DNA from: a virus
Virus record (IMG/VR): IMGVR_UViG_3300037246_001677
Coordinates: 32,001-96,000 of that record
Length of the DNA stretch: 64,000 bases
Reading direction: 5' to 3' (one strand)
The notes below the pieces were generated by a model. It had not been told where the DNA came from. It saw nothing but the letters and a program-made list of their open reading frames with translations, and did no database searches. How positions within the stretch are numbered: position 1 is the stretch's first letter; each line of letters begins with the position of its first letter. Below are positions 15,378-24,330 of the stretch, piece after piece. The translations under genes were made by a program, and so were the position numbers.

Positions 15378-15656
15378 ATGGATGAACAATACTGGGATCA
15401 AGAAGTCGGAGTAGAAGAAGAAGAAGTTATGGATAAGGCCGACGCGCCTGGTTCTTTCGTTAGAGTAAACGGAGCTAATGTTCCCGTAGCAGCAGGAACT
15501 AATTCTTTAGAAGCAATTAAATCTGTGGCTAAAGATGCAGGACTTGGTAAGTTTCGTGTTTACTTCAATGGTAATGAGATTAAACCCTCAGAAGCACCAG
15601 CGGAAATTCCGGAAGGCGCCATGATCGAACTTCGCCCCTATGATGTGGCTGGTTAA
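15378..15656 (+). CDS. Ubiquitin-like (beta-grasp) protein
   Basis: AGGAGG SD; VRVNG...FRVYFNG...EG..IELRPYDVAG with free C-terminal Gly; acidic N-terminal tail. Confidence 0.75.
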   Translation: MDEQYWDQEVGVEEEEVMDKADAPGSFVRVNGANVPVAAGTNSLEAIKSVAKDAGLGKFRVYFNGNEIKPSEAPAEIPEGAMIELRPYDVAG

Positions 15657-15681
15657 TTCCAACCATTTCAACGAGTAAATA

Positions 15682-15710
15682 GGGGGCTGAACAGGCCCCC
15701 TTAATTTTTG
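15682..15710 (+). terminator. Hairpin after Ubl (weak terminator or stabiliser)
   Basis: GGGGGCT-GAAC-AGGCCCCC followed by TTAATTTTTG. Confidence 0.5.
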
Positions 15711-15732
15711 TTATGATTAGGAGAGTAGATTA

Positions 15733-16593
15733 ATGGATATTAATGAAAAAGCAGAAGAAGTTAAAACTGTTATGTTTGATTGTCTTGATAGTGTAGACAT
15801 TGACAAAATTGTTTCTGATGGATTAACTATACGGGTAGGCCATAAAGTACTAAAGCTATCTGTTGTTAGTCAATCCATGATACCAGAAGTTGATGAAATT
15901 AAATCAGAATTTCGTGAAAAGCTAAACACACAGCAAAGAGCAATCAAACAAAAGATAAACGAAAAGATAAACGAAATTACAGAATATCATCACTCAATGA
16001 AAATTGAATATAAGAGAAAAGAACAAGAGCTAAAAGATATTCTAGCTAGGTCAGCTCCTATGCCAGATATACTTTATAGACATGCTCAGAACGGTCTTTC
16101 TGTTGCAAAAGGTGAAAACAAAAATGAATTAGTATGGTTAGTTCAAGGTGTTTACTGGCCTAAAACATATGACCATGTTCAAATAGATCCAAAGTTTTCA
16201 AAGAAAATGATTTCGAATGTTGTCTATCTAATAAACACAAAAGATAATAGAGTAACTGGTGTATCAACAAGAAAACCAATCGGTCTTGACTACTTCTCAC
16301 ATTATCACCAAAGCAGACCTGATTGTTGGGGCAAGTGGAAAAATAAACCGTCTTGGTCCACACCAGATGATATTATAAAAATTGCAAGAGAAGCAGAAGC
16401 AGTACTTGAAAATATTAACTCTGGTTCAATAGCTGAACAAAATCCAAGAGGTCTACCAAGACACAATACTTTAAAAAGACATTTGGTTGACAAAAAAGAT
16501 AGTGCCAGAATGGGCGCGCTCAATCAAACAACAAAAAGAACTGGTATAACAGAAGAGGTAAGAAGTGAAGATAGGGATGTTTGGTCACTATAA
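15733..16593 (+). CDS. Putative prokaryotic E2-like protein with N-terminal coiled coil
   Basis: HYH....DCWG resembles the E2 HPx...C(L/W)G active site; lies between Ubl and E1. Confidence 0.55.
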   Translation: MDINEKAEEVKTVMFDCLDSVDIDKIVSDGLTIRVGHKVLKLSVVSQSMIPEVDEIKSEFREKLNTQQRAIKQKINEKINEITEYHHSMKIEYKRKEQELKDILARSAPMPDILYRHAQNGLSVAKGENKNELVWLVQGVYWPKTYDHVQIDPKFSKKMISNVVYLINTKDNRVTGVSTRKPIGLDYFSHYHQSRPDCWGKWKNKPSWSTPDDIIKIAREAEAVLENINSGSIAEQNPRGLPRHNTLKRHLVDKKDSARMGALNQTTKRTGITEEVRSEDRDVWSL

Positions 16594-16611
16594 AAGAAAG
16601 GAAAAGATGAA

Positions 16612-17199
16612 ATGAGTTTGTATCAAAGACAGAGTACTTTGAATCTTAATCAAAAACAATCAATAACTGTTGTTGGTTGTGGTGGTATAGGATATTGGGT
16701 AGCCAAGTTTGCTGCTATGTCTGGTATTAATCCAATTTACTTATTCGATCCAGATACCTTTGAGGAACATAACTTCAACAGGATTGATTTACAAACAAAA
16801 TTTATTGGGAGAAACAAAGCAGACATTACAAGATTAATGATTCTTACGATAAGAGAAAATTGCTCTACTTATGCTTTTCCATATGAGTACTCAGAATTAT
16901 CCGCTGAAAGAACAGACTGGGTAGTTGACTGCACTGATAAGTATGAAGCACAGGTTAAAAATCAAAAAATAGCTAAAAACATTGGATCAAGATATTTAAA
17001 AGCCGGTTATGATGGTGAGGATTTTTCCATACATGACTCTGTTGCTGAATGGGGAGAAGCGGAAGATGGGTACCAAGTTGTTCCTTCATGGGTAGTACCA
17101 GCAACAATTGTAGCAGCACTTACAATAGGGAAGGTGATGAAATATGTTGATAAAGAAGTTATATCAAATATACAAAGTCTTTATGGATTTAGGAGATAA
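16612..17199 (+). CDS. ThiF/E1-like adenylyltransferase
   Basis: GCGGIG, DPD.FEEHNFNR, K, DCTD motifs. Confidence 0.92.
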   Translation: MSLYQRQSTLNLNQKQSITVVGCGGIGYWVAKFAAMSGINPIYLFDPDTFEEHNFNRIDLQTKFIGRNKADITRLMILTIRENCSTYAFPYEYSELSAERTDWVVDCTDKYEAQVKNQKIAKNIGSRYLKAGYDGEDFSIHDSVAEWGEAEDGYQVVPSWVVPATIVAALTIGKVMKYVDKEVISNIQSLYGFRR

Positions 17200-17209
17200 A
17201 ATAATACCA

Positions 17210-18229
17210 ATGAATGAAGTATTCCAAAATTGTAGATTTTGTAATAAATTAACTGCGAAAAAAGTTATAAATTCCATACCAGGAATGGACACTTTTTATT
17301 GTACTCATTGTAAACACACATACACAATAACTGGAGATAATATGGGAAAGAGGAACAAAAAGAAGAATAAAACAACTAAAAGTGTATCTGCCGCAAATCA
17401 AAATGTAATAAACAAAACAGTTGTTAATGATCCCAATGATTCATGGGAAGTAGAAATTGATTGTGTAGAGTCTTGTAGCAAAGCACCTGATACAATCAAT
17501 ATATGGTTTTTGCCACTGGCCAAGAGAAAAGTGGATGCTTTAATGAAAGAGTATACTAATATAGAGTGGTTAGCATATTTACTTGGTGAAAAAGGAGGAA
17601 GAGAAATTGTAGATATTTTTATTCCAGATCAATCAATATCCGCAGCTAAAGTTGATGATATTGAATGTGATGAATATAATGACTTATCTGTAATTGGAGT
17701 CATTCACTCTCACCACACAATGGGAAACACTTTTTCTCAAACAGACCATGATTGGATAAATCAAAATCATAATATTTCTTTATGTATATCAACCACTGGT
17801 ATAGCGGGACAGTATAGATACAAAACGGCATGTGGGGCATTTAAAATAATTGATGTAAGTGCAAAACTAAGAGTTAATCTTGACTTTAACGATGAAGAGT
17901 TTATAGAATCAGTTAAAGATAAATTAATAAAGAAAACTTATACTTCATATGGTTATGGTGCTGGTTATGTTGGTGCTGGTCACGGTTCTTGGAACCAACA
18001 AAATCCATGGGGCGGTGGTGCTGGTGCTCAAAACTGGCCAGTGGTAACAGAATTAGAAACAGACGAAGGCGATGATAACAAAAATTTAGATAATTTTTTA
18101 ACATCAGAAGAAAAAGCAGAACTAGAGGTAGAAGTGGCAGAACTAAACTTTGAAAAGGAATTGACATTGGCAGAAGAGCTTGAATTGATGGATGGAATGA
18201 ACAGCCCGGAAGACAAGGAAGACAATTAA
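17210..18229 (+). CDS. JAB/MPN+ metallopeptidase with in-frame upstream Zn ribbon
   Basis: E(WLAYL)...HSH.....FS.TD JAMM motif; alternative SD+ATG at 17342. Confidence 0.88.
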   Translation: MNEVFQNCRFCNKLTAKKVINSIPGMDTFYCTHCKHTYTITGDNMGKRNKKKNKTTKSVSAANQNVINKTVVNDPNDSWEVEIDCVESCSKAPDTINIWFLPLAKRKVDALMKEYTNIEWLAYLLGEKGGREIVDIFIPDQSISAAKVDDIECDEYNDLSVIGVIHSHHTMGNTFSQTDHDWINQNHNISLCISTTGIAGQYRYKTACGAFKIIDVSAKLRVNLDFNDEEFIESVKDKLIKKTYTSYGYGAGYVGAGHGSWNQQNPWGGGAGAQNWPVVTELETDEGDDNKNLDNFLTSEEKAELEVEVAELNFEKELTLAEELELMDGMNSPEDKEDN

Positions 18230-18239
18230 AAAGGAAAGG

Positions 18240-18270
18240 TTTACTTTTTACTCTGGATATGATATAAATA
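18240..18270 (+). promoter_or_regulatory. Overlapping sigma70-like and T4 late-type promoter
   Basis: TTTACT-17 nt-TATAAA, whose -10 is also TATAAATA. Confidence 0.6.
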
Positions 18271-18281
18271 TTATATACAAA

Positions 18282-18490
18282 ATGGTAATAGCGTAGTTAA
18301 GAGATACTTCGATACTGATAATATCAGCATTTTGAACCTAAAGCCTTCGGGTGAGTAAGGATCAAAAGCTATAAGGTAAGTAATAATTATTACTTACCGA
18401 CTTTTATCTTCGGGGCGCAAGCCTCTCCACAACTATATAGAGATGTGGATGATAAAAGTTAGTCCACTCTTAGTGATTGTACTTTACCAT
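18282..18490 (+). ncRNA. Y-RNA-like ncRNA upstream of Ro60
   Basis: ATGGTAA/TTACCAT ends; TAGCGTAG..TAAGAG-ATACTTCG...CTCTTA core; several internal hairpins. Confidence 0.7.
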
Positions 18491-18504
18491 CACAACTTGC
18501 AACA

Positions 18505-18720
18505 ATTGTGGTATCGTAGGCAAGGGATACTTCGAATAGATGACGATTGATGCTTCGGCATCATTATTTGCAACAAAAAAGTACTCACTGAGTACTCGGT
18601 GGTACGACATCGTAATGGTCGATGTAAAAACACCAACCAAAACCCAGTTGCTTTTATAAAAAAGGATTCAAATCAAGTATTACTAAACTAGGGTTACCCT
18701 TGGTGGCTATAATCCACAAT
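18505..18720 (+). ncRNA. Second Y-RNA-like ncRNA upstream of Ro60
   Basis: ATTGTGG/CCACAAT ends; TATCGTAG.CAAGGG-ATACTTCG...CCCTTG core with compensatory changes. Confidence 0.7.
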
Positions 18721-18770
18721 TTTTATAGAATGTAGTCCTTAACGTTTAATATTAGGAGGTATTTGTTAAT

Positions 18771-20351
18771 ATGGCAAGATTTAATGAAAAAACAACTCAA
18801 AAAACTGAAATGCTAGCTGGTGGACAAGGATTCAAAATGACTCCAGAAATGGAGTTATATGCTTGTACGTGTGCTAGCATTCTCACACCACAGTACTACA
18901 CACCAAACACAAACGACCAAATAAACAAGATCAAAACTTTAATCAGAAAGTGTGATCCTGTTTTTGTTGCGCAACTTGCAGTATATGCAAGGGAGCAAAT
19001 GTACCTTAGAACTATACCTATGGTTCTAACGGTAGAATTGGCTAAGTGCCATAAGGGAGATAATCTGTTACGAAGACTGTCTCGAAGAGTAATCCAACGG
19101 GCAGATGAAATCACAGAGCTATTGGCTTACTATGTTAAGGCAAATGGCCTGCAGTCAAAATTCGTAGAGTCAAAGGGTGGACACAATATAGAGAAGAAAA
19201 TCTATAAGTTGTCTAATCAATTAAGAAAAGGTGTCGCTGATGCCTTCTTTAAATTTGATGAATATCAATTTGCAAAGTACAACCGTGCTGGAGAAATCAA
19301 GCTACGTGATGCTTTGTTCTTGACTCACCCAAAACCAAGAACAGATGCCCAAAAAGTGCTATTTGAAAAGATAGCGCAAAATAATCTGTCTACTCCGTAT
19401 ACTTGGGAAACACAGCTAAGTAAAGCGGGCCAAGAAGGTAAAGATAAGAAGTCAGTTTGGACAGAACTTATTATGTCTGGCAGAATGAACTACATGTCTA
19501 TGTTAAGGAATTTAAGGAATTTTCTCGATGCAGAAGTTTCTGAAATAGTACTTAACAAAGTTGCTGATCGTATTGCCGATCCTAACGAAGTTCGGAAAAG
19601 TAAGCAATTTCCATTTAGGTTCTTATCAGCTTATAGAAGTATTGGTGGAGGACCATCCGATAAGTATAGTTGGGGTGACATCCATGCCACAGAGCAACAC
19701 AACAACCTATTTACACCAATTATTTTAGAAGCACTTGAAAAGGCCGTTCTAATATCCATTGAGAACATCCCAATGCTATCAAACAATACTGTTTTAGTGG
19801 CAACCGATGTTTCCGCATCAATGCAATGCACTATTTCGGAAAAGTCAACCATTCAAAACTATGATATTGGAGCACTACTTGGAATGCTGGTTCAGGCCAG
19901 AGTTCCTAACTCAGTAATTGGAATGTTTGGAGACACCTGGAAAGTCTTAACAGATGCACCAGTTGAAAATGTCCTTGCAGCAACTAACGAAGTCCATCGT
20001 AGAGAAGGAGAAGTTGGCTATGCAACTCATGGATATAAAGTGCTTTCATGGGCACTTGACCAAAAGAAGGTTTTTGATAGAATCTTCTACTTCACTGATG
20101 GTCAAATGTACGGTCGTGGTAGTCGCGATCTACGAGGCATTAACGAAAAGTGGAAATTATATAAAAGCACTATTAACCCACATGCTAAACTCTACTTGTT
20201 CAACCTTGGGTCATATGGACAAACCCCTATTGACCTGAAACAGGACGATGTTCACATGATAACTGGTTGGAATGATAAGATTTTCACCATACTTGAGAGC
20301 ATTGAAAATGGTGGACAAGTACTTGATGAAATTAAGGAGATTACAATATGA
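18771..20351 (+). CDS. rsr: Ro60/Rsr-like TROVE + vWA domain RNA-binding protein
   Basis: FDEYQFAKY, TWET.LS, MLRNLRN, FPFRFLSAY, MIDAS DVSASM, TD; AGGAGG SD. Confidence 0.93.
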   Translation: MARFNEKTTQKTEMLAGGQGFKMTPEMELYACTCASILTPQYYTPNTNDQINKIKTLIRKCDPVFVAQLAVYAREQMYLRTIPMVLTVELAKCHKGDNLLRRLSRRVIQRADEITELLAYYVKANGLQSKFVESKGGHNIEKKIYKLSNQLRKGVADAFFKFDEYQFAKYNRAGEIKLRDALFLTHPKPRTDAQKVLFEKIAQNNLSTPYTWETQLSKAGQEGKDKKSVWTELIMSGRMNYMSMLRNLRNFLDAEVSEIVLNKVADRIADPNEVRKSKQFPFRFLSAYRSIGGGPSDKYSWGDIHATEQHNNLFTPIILEALEKAVLISIENIPMLSNNTVLVATDVSASMQCTISEKSTIQNYDIGALLGMLVQARVPNSVIGMFGDTWKVLTDAPVENVLAATNEVHRREGEVGYATHGYKVLSWALDQKKVFDRIFYFTDGQMYGRGSRDLRGINEKWKLYKSTINPHAKLYLFNLGSYGQTPIDLKQDDVHMITGWNDKIFTILESIENGGQVLDEIKEITI

Positions 20352-20416
20352 TTAGAATAGATAAAAACAGAGGAGGTACTCAATGACTGAACAGCCCTAA
20401 ATAGGAGGTGATTTCA

Positions 20417-20587
20417 TTGGGTAGCAATTCTAAATCTGGAGGCAACAGCCGCAAGATCGGTAGAGCCTCGCGCAAACCAGCTCATGTTAGATATAATAAC
20501 GAGATGCGCTGGATAAGAAACAAAATCAAGAAAATCAAGAAGCAAGAAAAATTTGAAGCTAAAAAAGCTAAAAAACTTAATAGATAG
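20417..20587 (+). CDS. Small basic protein (56 aa, not in ORF track)
   Basis: AGGAGGTG SD, TTG start; MGSNSKSGGNSRKIGRASRKPAHVRY... Confidence 0.6.
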   Translation: MGSNSKSGGNSRKIGRASRKPAHVRYNNEMRWIRNKIKKIKKQEKFEAKKAKKLNR

Positions 20588-20697
20588 AAGTAGTTATTTC
20601 GGTTCGCTCGGGCAAGACAAGAACCTATTTAGAAGCTCACCGAGAAGGTGATAGCTTTGAAAGACTCGTTTGAGTAGCCCCATCAATTAAGTTTTGA

Positions 20698-20730
20698 AAC
20701 CCCCTGTGATATTCTCACAGGGGTTTTTTT
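20698..20730 (+). terminator. Intrinsic terminator
   Basis: CCCCTGTGA-TATTC-TCACAGGGG followed by T7. Confidence 0.85.
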
Positions 20731-20742
20731 ATGTCTAAATAA

Positions 20743-20750
20743 TATAAATA
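20743..20750 (+). promoter_or_regulatory. T4-type late promoter TATAAATA
   Basis: Exact match after a terminator and before the lysis/virion block. Confidence 0.65.
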
Positions 20751-20775
20751 CCTATAGTAAATTAGCAGGTGGGCT

Positions 20776-21042
20776 ATGTCTGAAAAACAAGAAAATAACT
20801 GTAATAATAGTAAAAACGGCGATAAGAGATTAAGATGGAAAAATAGAAGAAGGATGGCGTGGACTTCTCTTATATCAATGATAGTCATAACACTACTTCT
20901 TTTCTTTGCTGTTCCAGAATCCAGACTGACAATATTGTCGGATGTAATAACATGGTATTATTTCATAATGGGTGGAATAATAACTGCATATATGGGATTC
21001 ACCACAATATCGTCAATAAAAGGACAGGGAAAAATACAATAA
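20776..21042 (+). CDS. Holin-like two-TM protein
   Basis: RRRMAW + 2 TM; precedes the putative endolysin. Confidence 0.6.
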   Translation: MSEKQENNCNNSKNGDKRLRWKNRRRMAWTSLISMIVITLLLFFAVPESRLTILSDVITWYYFIMGGIITAYMGFTTISSIKGQGKIQ

Positions 21043-21464
21043 TGGAACAACAAGTGTTTTTAATCAGAACAAGTGTTAGCGATCAAGGTACGTCTGGAAT
21101 GTTAGTAATGGGTGGTTTTAATTGTTATACTTTAGAGCTTCCATGGAAAAATAATCAAAGAAGTATATCATGTGTTCCACAAGGAGAATACACAGTTATT
21201 CAAAGAGCTTCACCTAAATATGGAAAAATATATTGGGTAACAAATGTTCCCAATAGAAGTTATATTTTAGTTCACTCGGGAAACTATGCAGGCGATGTAA
21301 GTAAAGGATATAAAACCCACGTAAGGGGATGTATATTACTTGGCCAGAAAATGGGAACATTGGGTGGACAAAAAGCAGTACTTAATTCAAGAATAACATT
21401 AAGAAAATTCATGAATTATACTGGAATGCAACCGTTCAAATTAACAATAGTAGGCGGACAATAA
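21042..21464 (+). CDS. DUF5675-like putative endolysin
   Basis: T.G.L...CYTLELPW.NN....SC.P.G.Y...ILVHSGN...GCILLG; TAATG coupling. Confidence 0.75.
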   Translation: MEQQVFLIRTSVSDQGTSGMLVMGGFNCYTLELPWKNNQRSISCVPQGEYTVIQRASPKYGKIYWVTNVPNRSYILVHSGNYAGDVSKGYKTHVRGCILLGQKMGTLGGQKAVLNSRITLRKFMNYTGMQPFKLTIVGGQ

Positions 21465-21480
21465 TAAAAGGAGAAATATT

Positions 21481-21834
21481 ATGAAACAAACAGTTTTCAA
21501 CGCATTAACAAAAGTAGAGTCAGTATCTGCTGCATTAAACTTAGGCAACGGAACTAATTTTCTGTTCAACGAAACCCAAGTAAGAACAGGAAAACAAGGC
21601 GGTGGATATAAAAATCAAAGAAATTCTCAATCACTTGCAGCTTTGAGACATAAAATACATTTTTATACACGTGATACTAGCTCAACAATAGGATATCATC
21701 AGAAGTTTGATATTCTTGAATCTGATGATGCAACAAAACAAAGTAAAACATCTACAAGACCAGGACTCAGTAGAAATCCCGCAAGAGACGACGATGATAG
21801 ATTAAGATATAATGAACCAGATGATTGGTCATAA
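21481..21834 (+). CDS. Hypothetical protein
   Basis: AAGGAG SD. Confidence 0.7.
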   Translation: MKQTVFNALTKVESVSAALNLGNGTNFLFNETQVRTGKQGGGYKNQRNSQSLAALRHKIHFYTRDTSSTIGYHQKFDILESDDATKQSKTSTRPGLSRNPARDDDDRLRYNEPDDWS

Positions 21835-21904
21835 AAACGGGGGTAATTGTGAAAAAATAGTAAAAATGTGTAAGTCGGTTAAATAAAAATAGGGGGAATG
21901 TGAA

Positions 21905-22537
21905 ATGCCTTGGAATTTAATATTCGGTGGTATAACTGGTTTAATCGGTTCAATTACTACCTCAATAACAAACTACAAGATACAAAAACTTAAAAATCAA
22001 CATGAATTAGCCATGGTTGAAGCAGAAACAACAGCTATGGTAGCGGAAGCTAAAGCCAACATTCAAATAACTCAAGCAGAGACAGAAGCAGCAGTTGAGT
22101 TAGCTGATTCCCAAGCATACTTAAAGAGCATTGAACTTGGTAATAAAAACTTATTTGGAGAAAAATGGGTAGATAAGCTATTCTTAGTACAAGGATGGCT
22201 TAAGTTTATAACTATACCAGTTGGAGTAGTAATAGCATTCCTATTTGGTATTGTAGATTTTATGAAAGCCTTTACCAGACCTGGCATCACGTGGTTATTC
22301 ACTGGTGCCACGTTGTTCTTAGCGTATACTGCCTGGGGAGTTTTAAGTGCTTCTGGATTGGATGCGATGGATACATCACAAGCGTTGCTAATTTTATCAC
22401 AAATTATAGACATAGTACTTTACTTGACTGTATCTTGTGTAACATGGTGGTTTGGTGATAGACGAATCGCTAAGTTCTTATCAAGATTAAAAGATGGAAA
22501 TGATAAAAGCCAAAGTCAAACGATACCAATGATGTAA
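21905..22537 (+). CDS. Holin-like membrane protein (3TM type)
   Basis: RP.IT motif, TM helices, WWFGDR C-terminus. Confidence 0.65.
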   Translation: MPWNLIFGGITGLIGSITTSITNYKIQKLKNQHELAMVEAETTAMVAEAKANIQITQAETEAAVELADSQAYLKSIELGNKNLFGEKWVDKLFLVQGWLKFITIPVGVVIAFLFGIVDFMKAFTRPGITWLFTGATLFLAYTAWGVLSASGLDAMDTSQALLILSQIIDIVLYLTVSCVTWWFGDRRIAKFLSRLKDGNDKSQSQTIPMM

Positions 22538-22546
22538 GGAGTAAAA

Positions 22547-22897
22547 ATGAGATTAACGAGATTTCTTAAAGAGGAAGATCATACAAGTAAAGGTCTTGAG
22601 GTTCCAGAGCCAGAAGTTGGAGAAAAATATAGCAAGGAAGAAGTTAAAAAATATATTTCTCTTATTAAAAATGCTATTAGCTCTCAGAAAAAAGATGGCG
22701 ATGGAGCAATTCTAAAAGACCTTGAAGATAAATTAGATAAATGGCAAAATGTAGAAGCAGAAACAAAACCAGCGGGACCCGTTGTTCCGGCAGTGGATGT
22801 TCTGGCTGCTCAACCGCCAGAAGATGGTGCTCCACCAGCAGAAGGTGGACCACCTGCTAAAAAAGATAAGAAAAAGAAAAAAGACGAGGAAGAATGA
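22547..22897 (+). CDS. Putative internal head protein
   Basis: MRLTRFLKEE capsid-targeting-like N-terminus. Confidence 0.6.
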   Translation: MRLTRFLKEEDHTSKGLEVPEPEVGEKYSKEEVKKYISLIKNAISSQKKDGDGAILKDLEDKLDKWQNVEAETKPAGPVVPAVDVLAAQPPEDGAPPAEGGPPAKKDKKKKKDEEE

Positions 22898-22918
22898 TAA
22901 TCTGGAGGCGGAAGCAGC

Positions 22919-23638
22919 ATGAGATTAGAAAAATTTATGATAATTGAGGGTATCAATGATAAAGGTATTTTCAAGGCTGTTTTTATGGCTGGACATCCAG
23001 GCGCTGGCAAAAGCTATGTTTTAACTAAAGTAAAATCTGGTTCAATAGACCCACGTTGGGTTAACACAGATAAAGTATTTCCAATATTCAAAAAATGGTG
23101 GAACTCAGATTGGCCAAAAATAAGTCATAATGTAAGAGTAGTTAATAGAAATCAGTTGTCTGGATATATTAACTCAATGCTTCCACTTGCAATTGATGGA
23201 ACAGCTAATATAGTTTCTACTGTTATGAGAAGGAAAAATATTCTTGAATCAATCGGATATGATACAGCAATGATATTTGTAAATACTTCTCTTGAAACTG
23301 CTTTAAAAAGAGCAGAAGAAAGAGAAAAAAAGACTGGCAGAAAAGTAGACCAAGAATTTATAAAGAGTGTATATACGGACATACAAAAACATAAAAATTA
23401 TTATAGAAGTAAATTCGATACTTGGATAGAAGTTGATAATGATGTTGGAGATTTAACAGAAAAAGTAATTATTAATTCCTTTAAATTTATGGGTAACTTC
23501 TATAACTCAGCAATTCAAAATCCAATCGGTAAAGAAAAAGTTGAAAAGATGAAAAAGAATGGTTGGAAATACTTAGACCCAAATGTAACTAGTATGAAAA
23601 TAATAAAAAACACTATCAGTGGATGGTATACAAAATGA
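22919..23638 (+). CDS. P-loop kinase (zeta-toxin/AAA_33-like)
   Basis: GHPGAGKS, NTD, DGT, GY...MIFV.T....A..R...R. Confidence 0.8.
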   Translation: MRLEKFMIIEGINDKGIFKAVFMAGHPGAGKSYVLTKVKSGSIDPRWVNTDKVFPIFKKWWNSDWPKISHNVRVVNRNQLSGYINSMLPLAIDGTANIVSTVMRRKNILESIGYDTAMIFVNTSLETALKRAEEREKKTGRKVDQEFIKSVYTDIQKHKNYYRSKFDTWIEVDNDVGDLTEKVIINSFKFMGNFYNSAIQNPIGKEKVEKMKKNGWKYLDPNVTSMKIIKNTISGWYTK

Positions 23639-24330
23639 GATTAAAAGGATACTTAAAAGAAGTAACACAGCCAACTGTAAAAATGACAATTGATGCTCTA
23701 AAAATAGCATTTGGTAAAATCCAACAAATAATGGGCCAGGTAGACCTTTTTGATATAGATGATAAAACAGCAATAAATTTACTTAGAAAAGGATTCGATG
23801 AGATTTCTATAAAATTAGAAATGGGAAAACAAAAAGGAGGCGTTAGGAAGTACTTGGCAGGCGGAGAATTTGGTGGAAATTATGGAGAAGATTATGCTTG
23901 GAAAATTATACTGTTACCTGACTTTTCAAAAGTTTTTAGAAAATTTGCCAAAGAAAGGAGCATGAAAAATTTCATGAGCCACACCAAAAATCCTCTTTTT
24001 AGAGAGTTTGTAGAATTGGTCTCACATGAAATAATGCATTCACAGCAGGCTTTAAATTCTGCTGGTAAAGCTTTTGATCCAGAAGTACAAGGAATAACAA
24101 CAACTTATACTGGTAATATGAAAGAATATTTAAAAAATCCATTGGAAATAGAACCATACGCACAACAAGCAGCAATAGATGCAATAAGAAAAGGACATTC
24201 AGTTTATATAGCAACAATGAGAGACCTCTTTCCACCTAAAAGTAAAGTATGGAAGAAATTTGCAAAGAAGTATAAATTCTATATGGAGATACTCAAAAAA
24301 GAAGGGGATATTAAACCCTATAAAAAATGA
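23635..24330 (+). CDS. Zincin-like metallopeptidase
   Basis: HEIMH..Q and Y...P.E..(P)YA motifs; ATGA coupling. Confidence 0.65.
   Translation: MRLKGYLKEVTQPTVKMTIDALKIAFGKIQQIMGQVDLFDIDDKTAINLLRKGFDEISIKLEMGKQKGGVRKYLAGGEFGGNYGEDYAWKIILLPDFSKVFRKFAKERSMKNFMSHTKNPLFREFVELVSHEIMHSQQALNSAGKAFDPEVQGITTTYTGNMKEYLKNPLEIEPYAQQAAIDAIRKGHSVYIATMRDLFPPKSKVWKKFAKKYKFYMEILKKEGDIKPYKK

Noticed and set aside
15378-17199. ThiS/ThiF thiamine or MoaD/MoeB cofactor genes
   Set aside because: No pathway partners nearby, Ubl ends AG rather than GG, and an E2-like gene and JAB are in the operon; a sulfur-carrier role is not fully excluded
18282-18720. CRISPR array or tandem repeat
   Set aside because: Only short shared motifs with covarying stems; no identical repeats with regular spacers here or elsewhere that I could see
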